Assembly: GCA_030704615.1 (NCBI GenBank)
Contig: CM060734.1
Location: 26,846,001 to 26,910,000 of the forward strand
DNA from: Takakia lepidozioides
Lineage: Eukaryota; Plantae; Bryophyta
Length of the DNA: 64,000 bases
Reading direction: 5' to 3'
How positions within the stretch are numbered: position 1 is the first letter of the stretch; the number at the start of each line of letters is the position of its first letter. This document shows, one piece after another, positions 39,050-52,900 of the stretch. The notes under the pieces were generated by a model, which ran no database searches, was not told the origin of the DNA, and saw only the letters and a program-made list of their open reading frames with translations. The position numbers and the translations under genes were made by a program.

Positions 39050-42028
39050 GATGAACGCTCACAACCCAACCGGTTGTCAACTTGTCTCTAATCCCCACTT
39101 TCTACAAGGTAACCGGGTAGAGAACCTGTTGCGGCTACTGGTTCAAGCAGGAATAATAGGTTTCTAATGTAGACCTGTATCTGCACCTGCATCCACCGCA
39201 AGCACTCCTATGGTCTGCTGGTCATCAACCCAGCCTCACCATAAGAGAACAATGATGGTCTGACTGGTCATCACCCCAGCCTCACCATCGACAGCACGCT
39301 CTAGGATTGACCGGTGATCAAATCCGGACCAACCTCCTATGAAAATAAGCGCCCACACAAAACTAACATGACGCACAGTCAAGCATGCATGTGTGGAGGG
39401 GATCCAAGCACAAGGAAATCAAAACAGTAACTCTCCCACATCAAAAACACTCCATAGTGTCGCTCCTGCAAGACACCCCAGCCCAAACCCGGACTGACTC
39501 TTGCCTCCACCTACGGAAAGGTTTTGGCCTACAGAGAGGGTGGAAGACTACAAGGAAGAGAGACTAAAGCAATTCCTATCACAACATGCTCTCATCCCAC
39601 TACCCTATCTCCACACTCTCTTGCTTAAGCAATAGACAAGACCTTTCAAGGATCTCTCAAATAACTCTCTATGATCCCTCAAGATGTCTCTCAAACAATC
39701 TCACTAAGACTCCCAAAGCTTGGACAATGGTACTCCAAACAGTACACCAAGGCCCCAAGAGCCTGCCAAATCTCGGCCCTCAAGGACCCCAAATAGTCCT
39801 TCAACAAGTCGCCAAAGACTCCTCAAGCTCGCCAAATATCGGCCTCCAAAGACCCCAAACAGCCCTCCAAACAACCTTCCAAAGGCTCCAAAAACTTGCC
39901 AAATATTGGCCTTCAAAGACCCCAAATGGTCCTCCACGTAGCCTTCAAAGGCTCCAAAAACTTGCCAAAACTTGGCCTTCAAGGACTGCAAATAGGCCTC
40001 CAAATAGTCATCCAAATACCTCTTCAAGAGCTCTTCAAAGTGCCTTACAAAAGCTCCTCAGAGTGTCTTCCAAAAGCTCCCCAAAGGACCCCAAAGATCC
40101 CCCAAACAATCCTCCGAAAGGCCCTTGAAAATCCTCCAAAAGCCCTATATTATCTTTATATGTCACTATGTTCCCAGCCTATAGTGACCGTTCCCACATC
40201 TTGGTGATCGTTCCCAGACTACGATGACGGTTCCTAAACTACGGTGACCGTTCCCACACTTTGGTAACTGTTCCCATGAACCTAGGGTTTCATGTGCATC
40301 TCATGCTAGGGTTTGTGCATTTCAAGCTAGGGTTTGGGCTTCCTTGAGCTTCATGCTTGCTCTCCTCAAGCATCCATGACTGCTATGAGATACCAAGGCA
40401 AACTACCTTGATCTTCTTCACCTCAAGCCACAACCAAGCTTGATTCCATCTCACCAAGCAATGCATTTGCCACACAACAAGCTTCACTTCTTTTTGGAGC
40501 TCAAGAATCAAGCTTTTTACCTCATTTGACAAGCAACCAAGTCTTGCACTCATTCATGTGTTCTTCTTTGGCCATCCACACACATGCTTCTATGTGTTGC
40601 TTCTCCAAGCATCAATATATCTCCATCTCATGCAAAGAGGAAGATTCAAGTCCCTTCCCTTGCTAGCTCAAGAGTCGTGTTCTCCTCAAGCTTAAGGTTG
40701 AAACCCCAACTCAAACATGTGCTCTACAAGTGCTTTTCCGTCACCTAAGTGGAAACCAACCCTTTTCCTTTCTTCTTGCTCTCCAAGGCTTCAAAATAGA
40801 AGCCTCAATGGGCTGAAAACATGCTCCACTTAAGCATCACCTCATACACAAAAGAATGACTTGTTCCTTTCACCTTCTAGCTCTCCTCAAGCTTGAAGTT
40901 GGAAGCTGCACTTGGAAAGCATGCTCCACACATGCGCCACTTGCCTGGTCAACCACTTGCTTCACCAAGAGCAATCCAAGAACTCATAGACTAACAAAAG
41001 CACTCCCTTCTAGCGCCTTAGCTTGCTTGTTTGTCAACCAAATGAAACCCCATTTGGCTTCATTTCACCATGGATAAAACAACCACTTCTTAGCTTCTCT
41101 TGAGCTACTCAATGCTCCTCAAGCTATCCTTGTTGTACTCCTTGTTTCTAACCCAAGCATGTGTCGCTTTTTGGCTTCTCTTTCACACCATGAACAACTA
41201 GAGCTTGCTCTTGAAACCCTAGTGTCTATCTTCTTCACATACAAGACGCTTCTCTTGTGATGCAAGAGCTCTTTTCCAAGCTCTCAAACCCTTGGTGCAC
41301 AATAATGCTTCTACAAACCCTCAATGCATTCTTTTCACCATAGAAGCCACTTCCTTGGCAAATGGTTGTCACAACACTTAAGATACAAGAGATGGCGCTC
41401 CTTCTTCTCAAACTTTCAAACCTTTGCTTCCACACACACAAGACTTTCTCCCTGCAATACTTGCAAAGTCTTGTAACTCAAGAGCTCTCTCCTTGAGCTC
41501 TCCACCTCCTTGATGCAATGCAAACACACTCTCCTTTGCAACACCTTGCAAGCCTTGTGAGATACTTGAGCTTTTCCTAGCTCTCTCACTCCTTGGTGTA
41601 CACCAACACAAGTGAAAAACTATCCTTACACTCCACACTCACAAGCATAAGGTGATCTTCTTGTAGTGATAATGGAAGTGAACATAATGGAAAACCCTTC
41701 ACTCATGAATCCACTCAATCACATAAAGTAAGTCAAGCCAAGGGCACCCTTGCTAAGGGAATCCACCCTACAAAGCCCTCACCACACCCCCTCTCAATAC
41801 CTAGAGCTATGGAGGTGAGAGAGGCTCATGGAGGCTCAACTACAAGAAGATGAGCCTCCTCCACACAAGGGGAAAACCTATCCTCATGTCCCAAGTGAGG
41901 CTCGACACCTCACTTGGCATGTGAGACCAAATGAAGTCCCAACACACAAAATATAAATATAAATATCTAAAATGTCCTAGTTAACTAGAAGTAGGTAATT
42001 CTAGATAACCATGACTAAAACCATGACA
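39050..42028 (-). mobile_element. 5' LTR and leader with internal tandem repeats
   Basis: ~66-bp repeats x4 (39767-39990), 20-bp GTGACCGTTCCCA repeats (40165-40276), CTAGGGTTT telo-box-like x3 (40282-40335). LTR 3' end and PBS not resolved. Confidence 0.7.
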
Positions 42029-44549
42029 CACTGTTTCAAAGAGAAATGCGGAGCGGAGTCTCCCGAAGCCATTCCGTGTAAGAGCAGCCTGGGGCAACAC
42101 ATGCATCCAAACAAATCGTTGTCAGGTAACTGGAAACTCGAAGACTCCGATTTGTTTTAATGGTACTCTTCAAAAAATACTAGACGAGGCCAGTTTCGCA
42201 TGCGAAACTGGCACAAAACCATATGACCTCACGTCCTTGTTAATGGAGAAGTTCAATTTTGTATGCGAAACTGGCGTTCACTTTCTTTTGTTTTGGTAGA
42301 ATGTTGGAAAAGGCCCCGTTTTCGCATGCAAAATTGGGAAAAACCTTTTACTGCACAATTGATTTGAGATGTTTTCATATTTTTCATAGATTGCTAGAGG
42401 AGGCCAGTTTTGCATGCGAAACTGGGTTGATCCGCATAGGATTTCGTTCAAAATTTTGGATGTCGTTTATTGAATCATTTCGCATGCGAATGAAGCAGAA
42501 ATGCTAATTTTTAATTGGTAGGTGGTATAATTGGGCAATGCATCCGGAGAAAATGGTGGGTCTCACCCAAGGAAGATATATCGATGTTCATTTTTTTTCA
42601 AATTGGTGCATTCAAGGATGACGAGCTGGCACTGTGCCCGTGGTGGATAGACTTGCCCAAAGGAACTGTCCCGCCTTCCGAAAAAGCCACGTATGCAGAA
42701 ATGATGACGAAGGGGAAGGCCATGAAAAACAAACCTATCAACCTATCCGATGCTGAGGAGAAGAACAAAGAGAGAGAGGATGCAGAGGAGGAGGCAAGGA
42801 AAGTGGGTGAGTTAAAACTTAAAAGGTGAGGCTGATAAGGTTAACCCCGGTCGGAAGAGAAGGGGTGGTCGACCTTCCAAGAATGTCCCCCCCGAGAATG
42901 TAGGGGATAGTGCGGAGGTTGGAGGCCAGAAGAAGAGGAAGCGGAAAGCCACTAAAACCCCTAAAAAAAAGTCTTCCCACGAGGATTCGGCTGACACCTC
43001 TCCTCCACGCAGGAACCCCCCGAAAAAACGTATAAAAGAATTGGTTCCTAGGACCCTTCCCTGCTACGAGGCCAAACCCATTGAGGACGTTTTGCCCAAA
43101 ATTCAGGTAGAAGTTGCATTGATGGATTACGTGCAGATGGTCCAAGACAGAGTGGAATAGAAGACGGCCGATCCAGCTGCCCCTATACCTCCAAACTTCC
43201 AGAAGTTGGACGACTTTATGAAAAAGGTTTGGGACGGTAGGAAGATATTGCGGAGAGGGCAGGGTGTCATGGGTGCTGCAGACCTTGTTCTAGTGGACAT
43301 TAGAGACGGACTTTCAGTCCCCCAGTGTGGTCCGATTTGCCCTTTGTGGAACAAACGCCAAACTATTACGAATGCAATGATGCTGGCCAAGCACGTTCTT
43401 CAAGATGATGGTTGTCTTGTAGTCTTTATGCGCGATGGGGTTGATATTGTGGGGGAGGTTCTCAAGTCCACAATATCCACGCCGAAGGGCGGAACCATGT
43501 TCTTGAGGGTTGTGCGACATTGGAAAGTGATCAACACGCAACCTCTGACAATTCCATCCAAGAATAAAGTTGTTCCCGAGGACATGGGCGGCATGGTAAG
43601 CATCTCGCAAACCCTTCTCTTGATTACGTTGCACCTAACCTTGACAGATTTATTCCATTCTCATTTCTCCCCAAACGTTGCATGCCATGGGTGATTAGTG
43701 TATATATGAATGGGTATGATGATGTAGTTTCGCTAGCGAATCGTGTTTAGCAGGTCCCCAGAGTCCTACTACAAATTTTAGTTCTTGTTTTGGTCATTCA
43801 AGGGAGACCTTGGATTTCTTCTTACCAGCTGCAATCGATTCTCCTTAGACTATATCACCTATAGTTCGGTTTGGTTTGTAGTCACGTTGTTTGGTTTTGT
43901 TTGACAATTCATCTTGTTTCCTATTTCCTGAGTGTTCTTCTATTTTCTGTGCAAGGTCTCGTCTTTTCTGCATTTGTCCTAGTAAAGTTTAAGTCGGGAT
44001 TCAAATTGTCGGAGAGAGGATCCCTGGTGGAGTCTGTGTATGACCCCGTAACCTTCTTTCCAATCATGTTCCCACCCAAGTACTGAAGTGTAAGGGAAGC
44101 TCTTCTATCTACTGGCGTGGTTCCAAGGAGAAGAGCCCTAATTTCATTCAAGCTATTTTGGAGACCTGCTCTCCTTTGGGTGGTTGTGTTATTGAACTGA
44201 TGGCAGGAACAGGTTAGTTTGTGTGAGTGTTCACAATTTGAATGTCATGGACGTCCTTTAATTGTAATGGTGTGTTGTTTAACGTTGGTTTAATCTTTTT
44301 GTAGGTGCGTCGATGACGGCGACGAAGATCTCAAGTCGGAGTTTGTTGGCTTTGGAGTCAGAGGCGGAGTTGGTCTCAAGAATGTTGGGGGGTCTAGCTT
44401 TTAATAACTGGCTCCTCAGACTCTATGAAAGTCAATTGTCTGGATTGCAGAGTCTTGGTTACATTTCTGAATTCATGGGCCCTGAAAATGCGAAAGGGGT
44501 TGAAGATGATGCTCCTTCTCCCAAACCTGCCAATGACGCAATGTCGTGA
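42029..44549 (+). pseudogene. Spliced beta-class amino-methyltransferase-like gene (paralogue A), 5'-truncated
   Basis: ADLVLVDIRDG (43278), LQDDGCLVVF, then LETCSPLGGCVIELMAGT|GASM...RSLLALE (motif IV before motif I). Introns 42126-42521, ~43596-43955 and 44213-44304. Confidence 0.72.
42189..42491. repeat. Intronic cluster of five GCCAGTTTCGCATGCGAAACTGGC-type palindromes
   Basis: Perfect 24-bp palindrome at 42189-42212; variants at ~42256, ~42318, ~42402 and ~42478. Confidence 0.9.
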
Positions 44550-45100
44550 GCCTTGCGTGTGAGCGTGCTCCCACGCCGATGTGGCGTGAGCGTGATGTCA
44601 TCAGGCTGATATGGCAACAAATACTGACGTGGCACTGCGTCGTCATCTGCCCACGTCAGCATGAATATGCGGCGCCTATAACCGAGGATGGTCCTATGAC
44701 TGTGGGAATAATGTTGGGAATCCTTGGCTGAATACAATCAAGACTACCATCAGGCCTACAACTGTAGCATCCTACATTGTGCAATTACAATTGTTTGTTT
44801 CACTTTTACAATTACAAGGACGAGAAAATATCCTCACAAAGTGTGCGCCATGGAGGCTGGCACGGGAAGACCTTGCTATAATGGAGGGATAAGGGATGCC
44901 ATATCATTGCACCGCCGACGATGTTGCAAATGAATTGATTTGAATTGAATTTCCATTACAATGTTGCAAATTACACATTTCATAGCATGGTCGTCCACAT
45001 ACCACATTGCATACTCACAGTCCATAAAAAACACATTTCAGATTGCAGAGTCCAGATTGCACATTCACCACATTCCAGATAGACGAAGTAATAGTTGATG

Positions 45101-48100
45101 TTACCTATGTGTTGTATCCCGCTGCAATAGAGTATCGACCTCGTTGAAACTCAGAGTGGCCTGGTGAACGAAGTTGTCACGTTTGGGATCGCAAACCATC
45201 CTCTTCAAAAATATGAAATACAAATGTTTGCAGGGTATGAATTTTCCTCTCTTGCCCAAACTGGTTGATAGTATATTCACAAAATCGGGACATGTGCAAT
45301 TGGGAAAATTGGAAACCGTGATGTCGTAGGCCCTGTCATGAACAACAGATGTCGAAGTGATCATTATGTACACCCGACCATATCCTGGATCGGGCACTTC
45401 CGTGGTGCTTGCAACACGAGCTTGGAGCATTCTTGCGGACTCTACTTTGCCGAAGTGTTCAGCGGTTGGAGGGAAACGCCGAACCAGCTTTCCATCTCGT
45501 TTGGTTGGCCACAAGTGAGGATTTTCCGGAGGGACCCGAGAGGACGTAGAACTAGAAGCACATGCATGCAGTTGGGGTTGTCTCGCAAGGGAAAAGTCTG
45601 CCTCCTCTAGCATTGCAATCTCCTGACTTGTGAGATGTGTTCCCACCTTGACGGGCCAAACGGTTGGAGGAGCTGGCTTCATCACCACGGAAGGTCGCAC
45701 AGTTCCATGCACGCATCTACCACAATCATCTGCGCAGAATCAGAACTTGTGGTTCTTGGCTTCTGGTTGGCCATATGGACGCATCAAACCCGTGAAAGTC
45801 GGAGCAGGAGTCCGGGCACCGCCTCTGGATATAGATGAAGTGCACTTTTCAAAATTAGTTGCCTTGATTGCTGTACATTTCACACGAGACCCTGCACTTG
45901 TGCGTTCTATGTGTCAAACGTGGTCGGGGCATGCGGACTCCAGCACATCAAGGGGGTAGTTTCTCTCCTGCACCATTTCAGTGGTACTGTTTGATGCTGG
46001 AGCTTGCCGTCGTGTCAGAGGTTCCTTTAGAATGGAGGTTCCGGACATGGATATGTCATGCAGGAGAACACGAGGCTTCGAGAAGTTATCACGGTCTGCC
46101 CTGTGCGAATCGGAATCCGAACCAGGTGGGGTGTTCAATTTCCTCTTACAGGAGCCGAATCTCTCCTCCCCTTCACGATGTGGAACTCTAGAAACAAGTG
46201 GCGTTCCCTGGGCATACATGCTTACCGCCCGTGCTATCTTGCTTGGATCCCCAGATCTGCTTGCAACACGCAACATCAACTCCAGTTTGTCCGGACCCTT
46301 GCCACCAACCCCACCTCGCAAGAAATCACGGTATCTGGTTTGTTGTTGCAAGGCACGTATCAGATCATCTGTTGATGCCACATACAAATCCCGACCTTGT
46401 TTCCGAGACTGTTGCAACCATGCGCTGTGCACAGTCTCTACCAAATTGCAAGATGGCATGTCCGCCATTTCCTCAATGGACATGTTCTGTGGAAAACCAC
46501 ACTTCAGAACAGTGCACATGAAACAATATAAAGAAAGCAAGGAGAGCAAAATTTGGAAAGTAAAGGTATGAATAAAACAAGCAATAAAAGCTGCGCACCA
46601 CTGTCATGACTGCTCCCCACTGTCTGTACCGGAAGTGCCAAAACGCCAGCCAATCTTCCAATGCTCTCACACTCTCAAGCGATGCAGCTCCAGAAGAGAA
46701 CCACCAGGCACGAATTGTCTAGAACAAAGTGTCCGCCTCCTTCATTGTTCTAGCATCTTTGTACTCTTTGCACAATTTACGGTGCTGTGTCTGCATCTCT
46801 GGTTTGATGTCCGACTTTGTATGTTTCTCCAGAGATTGTGTCCAATGGAATAGACATGTACGCTCTCTTCCCGGCATTGGCACTTTTGGGTCGCCTGATC
46901 CGAAGACAATTCGAACAACATTGAAATTCGCCTGAGCACTATCTGCCATGAAACCAGCGAAATTTGGAGATGGCACCCCATGGCAGCCCATAACACGTAT
47001 CAGGGAATTCCACATGAGCTTTTGGGATTCCATATCCTCGGATTGCATGTTACAAACTGCAATTGTCATAACTCGTGAGTCGTTGGTACACTGGATCGTA
47101 CACATGACAAGCCATTGTCGTCCAATCTTTCACTCGTTTCACATGATCAAACATAAGAAAACAATTCTGCAGGTCCCCAGTCTTCTGCATCCGCTTCACA
47201 AGGCTAACCCCACTGCCCTCCCCAGCAGTCGACATTTTGAAAAGAAATACTTTGATGGCACCTTGACCTGGAAAAACATTGTCCTGGATGTAGTCATACT
47301 TGCTCTGTCGTTTCAATTCCAAAATGTTGTCTATGTAGCCTCTGATCCCAGAGCCCATTCTCAATGCATTGATCTGATGCCGAATGTTAGGTGAACTCAA
47401 AGTGGAGAAATGATCCATGCCAATGTCCAATGCTGGACCGTCAAGTTTAGTCCCCACAGAATCCCCTTCACTCAAAATATGGCTTTCCAAGAAGGACTTG
47501 TTTGCGCCAAGAGCAATTGCAGATGTTGTTGTGGATGGGTTTCTCTCGTACTCTTGTTTAATCAACCTCGAAACTGTCTCAACACTCTCCCTGTAATCCC
47601 CCTTCGAGACAGGATGGTTATGGAAACCGAAATGCACACAAGCTCTTGTCATTGTTTTCAAACGGTGGACAACATAGTACATTCTTGCTCCACACAGCGC
47701 CAGGCAAGATGGTACATGTTTGCAGAATTTGCAAACGAAAGTGTTTGCCGGTGGGGGAGCAGCTCCAGGCTTAAATGGATTTTCCGCGAGACCCTCCCAC
47801 TCGCTTTGATTATGAACCCCAGACACCTAAGGTGTCCATTGCAAACTGTTCTCCTGAAAACAAGCTTGTCTTCATTTTGAATATTGGATGTTTTTGTTCT
47901 GCACCATGGGTGCCCGTCGTGTTTCTTGTCCATTCCGTGCATCATGCTTGTTATACCTCCAACTCGCGGAAGAGGAGGCAGCTCGAATAGGATATCCCCA
48001 TCAAAAGTCTCTGGTAGGAACTTCACTGGCACCTGCTTCAAAGATTCCCAATCAATTCCCCGCAACTCACTTTTGAAACCTGCCATTCCTCCCATTGCCC

Positions 48101-48587
48101 GTAGTTTTGGAATGACACTACAAATCTCTTCTTCATCCGCTTCCAAAACTATAGTAGAAAGGACTGGAGTTGGAATTTCACTTATGTCATCATCGGATGA
48201 ATCCGAAAGCTTAACGATTGGAGTGGAGGATGTCTGTTCTTTTTTCACCACCACCTCCTTTTTGTCTTCAACGACTGAAGCAGCAGTCCCGGGCATCGCA
48301 TATGATCCAAGGGACTTTCGCCGAGGCTCTCCAAGTACTCTGTATCTACTAGGGCGTACTCTCCACTGGCTGACATGAGCCGTCTCATCACGGTTTTGGA
48401 AAGAGTATTTCAACAACTTCCCGTCCAAATCGTACACCTCTTTCTCCAAGAAGATGGAGCCATTAAGAAGCTCAAACCGGGTAGCCAAGACATGTTCCAG
48501 AACAATTGCGAATCCATTGTCAAGGGCTTCTTTGGAGAAAGGCACTGGTTTGTCGTCAGAAAAGAACTCTGCTTCGGAGGAAGCCAT
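45101..48587 (-). pseudogene. Mutator-like (MULE) transposase with N-terminal GCM-type Zn domain and C-terminal SWIM finger
   Basis: WCRTKTSN...CNGHLRC...CKFC...HFGFHNHP; catalytic LMFDHVK, FMADSAQAN, CLFHW, CNLVETVH; SWIM CTCPDF...CKHL. Intron at ~46487-46598; a few disruptions. Confidence 0.88.
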
Positions 48588-49920
48588 ATTACGTCCTCGA
48601 GCGGGGGGTTCTCTTTCCTGAGCTGCTCCTTTGCGAAATCAGATGATTTAGCTTTGCACCACACTGGGTGCACATGAAATGAGGCGGAAGCACCCGTTCC
48701 ATGAAGATTGTGCATATTATGATATTCCATATAATCACCTGTGAAGTTACGCGGGACGGTTCCTGACAATCCGCCGTCAAATTAACGTATGTGACCTGCA
48801 GTCTGCATTGTCTTCTGAGCAATGCCGACAGATGATCCATCAATTTCTGGGGGTCGCCCCAAAACAATAAAAACCCGCCAACTTCCTTGAAGACAGCCAG
48901 AGGATCCGATGCAGGGATGATGACAAGATAATTGAAGTACTTAGGCCATGACTAGATTCGCTATGTTTGATCATGTTGATGCTTTCAAGATTATGCATGA
49001 AATGGCCCAGAACTCTCCACGTACGCATATTCCGTGAAATCCTAGGTAGGCCTCATGCTAACTACTTTTGAGAATCCTCATCCATGACGATGTACCGTGA
49101 TATTAATGAAGCCGTCACAAAAAAGACACATGTCCATTTTATGTTTGCACACGCGAACAACCCAAAACAACTGCGTAAAGGAACAGCTGTTCCAATTAGG
49201 TTACGCCATTTCCACTAAAAACGTACATTCACGTATCGGACACACAAGAGGGAATCCGACGGTTCCAGGGACACTCCCAAAATGACGGAACCGCGCAAGA
49301 AAGCGAGTCTGTTCATCTTTCTTGTTTCTGCACGCAGAGGAAGAGAGGCAGCCAAGTTGGAGAGGGTTCCTTGTTCGGTTCGGAAGAGAAGGAAGTCATT
49401 GTATTTTACATTGCTTAGAGAGAGGCTGAGATCAAGAGAGCAAATGACGAGGCGTCGCATGCAAGATGGTGCAGGGCTTAGGCAACATGTGGACTTGGAG
49501 ACAGGTCAAGCAGAAGAGCATGTGGGAAGTGAGAGTGAGGTCGCCGCAGTCGTAGCGACGGCTGGAGCAGTGAGCGTAGGTAACCAGATAGTGCCAGCCG
49601 AGTTCATGCCCGAAGACAAGAGAATAAGGGGAGGAGCAGAGGACGCCATACAGAGAGGAAGTCTGCAAACCCTACATCAGACAGAAATGGTGAGCACTCC
49701 GTATCCACATACTACTGTTTTCATTAGTCTTGATGTTTTCCCTTCCATGTGGGATTCAATAACATGGTTTATCTTGTGTTCAGACCGATGAAAAAGGGAA
49801 GAGGAAAGCAGAAGAGGGCGATTCAAGCGATGCAGCCACGAAGCCGAAGAAGGCGAAGGGATCCGTAAGTTGTCTCACACGCACTTCTTCCTCTTTACTG
49901 ATGGTCCCCAGTTGTGAGAA

Positions 49921-52900
49921 AAGCGATGATTGGTGGCGATCATCGCTTTACAGAATAATGTAGTTGGTGTTGTAGTTCAGCAGATTCAGGAAGACAGGCA
50001 GGCAGGAAAGTATACGTTTCACGGCGAAAGTGATGATCGGTGCCGACCATCACCTTCGCCATTGCTTTATTTAAGCATAGAATGCCAATTTCATGGTGAT
50101 GCAAGAGTGCCAGGGAACTTAAGTCGCATCTTGCAATGACGTAGAAGCTATGATCGGTAGCGATCATCGCTTTAAGGTCCATTCTCTTCTTGTTCAGACC
50201 AGTTTGGAAATGGCGTGGTCGTTCAGGAAAGTGATGATCGGTGCCGACCATCACATTCAGACCTCATGGTTTGTGCATCCCATGGCAGTTACATTGTGAT
50301 GGTCGGTACCGATCATCACTTTCTGTAATGACTGGATATTACCCCAAAATCCAAAATCGCAATGCAACCCTTTGTAGAATGAAATGCTTTAGGTTGAAAA
50401 ATGTCCATCCCACTTCTTCAGGATCTGGGATTGCAGTAACAGAAAAGCGATGATCGGTGGCAATCATCGCTTCCAAGTCCATTTCTTTGCTCTAAATCTC
50501 ATACAATGAAATGCGGAATTCTGCTGGAAAGTGATGATCGGTGCGACCATCACATTCAGACCTCATGGGTTGTGCTTCCCAAGGCAGTCTGATTGTGATG
50601 ATCGGTACCGATCATCACTTTTTGAACTGATTGGGCACTACACCAGAATCCAAAAGAGGAGACCAACCCTTTGCATACTGTAAAGTTTTAGGATATAAGA
50701 GGTCCAGATAATTCATAGGAGAAATCGCAGTGACACAAAAGCGATGATCTGTGGCTGTCATCGCTTCCAGGTCCATTCCTTCGCTAAAAAGCTCAGTGAG
50801 TGAAAGAAGGGATTATGCAAAAGAGTGATGATCGGTGTCGACCATCACATTCAGACCTCATGGGTGTGTGCAGCCCAGTGCTGTCTTGTTGTGACGATTG
50901 GTACCGATCATCGCTTGCATCATCCTGATGGTCGGCACCGATCATCGCAGTCTAGTGAGAACTGACTGAACGTGCATTGGGAAACCAACTAAATTTTCCA
51001 TTCATTTGTTAGAAGACAAAGTGATGGTCGTTACCGATCATCACTGTTTAAAAATGTATGTTTCCAGAACACCAGTTGAATGTTGCTCTTGTGGGTTTTG
51101 GGTATGCAGAAAAATGTAAAGTCTAAGCAAGGAGAAACAAAAGCAAAGGGCTCTGGAAAAGGGGACGACTCCACGAAGAGTTCTGAGAACAGCGAAGACA
51201 CAGACGAGCCTGAATTGCACTACCTTGACAAGGTGAAAGAACTTATGTCATATCAAAAGGTAAATTCCCAGGAGGTTATTAGGGACATGATCGTCTCTGG
51301 AGGACGTCTTGAAATCCCTCTCTACCAGATTATCTCCATGCCTGTTGTTCGTCCTCCACTTTCGCATGACATTACCAAGTTGGAAACATATTTCGTGCAC
51401 AGGTACAGAATGGGTGCATAAGTTTTCTACGTCTCACTGAAGGATACAAATGGTAACAACACAAAAGTGAGCCCAGAGATAACGGACAACTGGGATGATT
51501 GCTGCAAGGATGTGAATGACAAGTTTGAGGACTCCCTGCTACTTGGACATAACACCCAACAGTTCTGCAACCACATGTTCTATGTCTGGGATGGGAACCA
51601 TCGCCTGCTAGCTTGGATGGGGTATATTGCGAAACACCACTCAAAAGACAAGGACAAGCATTATGCTGTGGAGGCAATGGTTCTGGATCCTGGGAACGAC
51701 ATCGCGAGACTTCTGACAACTATGCATGACGTAAACAAGTAGGACATCCTAAAAACCCCATTGCCTTTCAAATTGCATGTTGTGCGCATTTCAAGTGCAA
51801 TCGTAAAATATTTCTTACCTATGCAATGTGTATTCCATGTTTGCAGATCGACAGAGAAATCACATGTTACTACGAGCTTGGTCCACACACTATCCGTATT
51901 CAGAGTGGGCGATGATGCATGTTGTGTACAGGTGCAGTACCTAAAGCCTATCCATCACATTCTTTGAAATTTTGTCATGCCTCATTGAGAAAAGCTTCAT
52001 ATTTCTTTTCTGCTACACAGCAGTTTGGTGATGGTCGGTACCGATCAATACTTCCACTACTCTGATCTTCTCCCGTCAAACAAATGAATACTGCAGATCA
52101 TGTCCATGTTTCCATTCTTAATCCTACCTCTGTTAACATAGGTAGTTTGTTTCTGATGAATGAAGTGATGATCGGTGCCGATCATCAGATTTCCCAGTTG
52201 TGCAATGTAGATAATCATAAGGATTTGCCAACCCATGTTGCATTCTCTCTCATGTGAAAGTGATGATCGCCACCGATCATCACTTTCTGCTGCTTTTTGA
52301 TATCTTGTTTTGGGGGTGGTGTTTGTTTGAACGTCCGCAGGTACACTAAATATGTGCTGATGGAAGGAAAACACCTGAGTGGAATCCCAGATTACCTGGA
52401 CATGTGGTCCGACCCTGCCAACGATCCCATGTACACAGCTGGTATCTTGAGGGACTGGAGTCCTGCCCACTTCAGGGACTGTGGATGGTACCTCGACTGC
52501 CCTCCAGAGCACATGACATTTCAAGAGCAGCAAATGAAGTATTTGAACAACCATGCGGAGATGCTGGCACCTTTGAACGACGAAGAGTACCAGAGGAACA
52601 TAGCTTCATTGGCCGCCAAGGAGCCATACGCGCAGGCAACTCCCCAGAAAGGCAGGAAGGGGGGTCGCAAGGTGAAAAACAAGGATCCAAAGGCTTCGGA
52701 GGGAGTAGCCAAGTCACTTGGGAAGACAAAGGAGAAAGAGAAGTCCAAGGAGAAGGAGAAGGAGAAGGAGAGGGGGAAGGAGAAGGGGAAGGTGAAAGAG
52801 AAGGAAAATGAGAAAGAAAAGGAAAAGGAGAAAGAGAAGGACAAGGAGAAGGACAAAGAGAAAGATGAGACAGCTGGGATGTACACCCGCACTATTGAAT

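Larger units (their letters stand above)
33991..42028 (-). mobile_element. Ty3/gypsy LTR retrotransposon carrying a C5 DNA methyltransferase, 3'-truncated: LTR, gag, PR, DNMT, RT
   Basis: Collinear chain of disrupted minus-strand ORFs; LTR starts TGTCATGG at 42028; RT closely similar to that at 14772-15344. Confidence 0.92.

Noticed and set aside
39586-40207. ORFs in the gypsy leader (possible antisense or env-like gene)
   Set aside because: Derived from ~66-bp tandem repeats; no recognisable domain.
42029-42033. CACTG as a CACTA-element terminus
   Set aside because: No matching end was found, the sequence reads as an exon of paralogue A, and the nearby transposase is Mutator-type.
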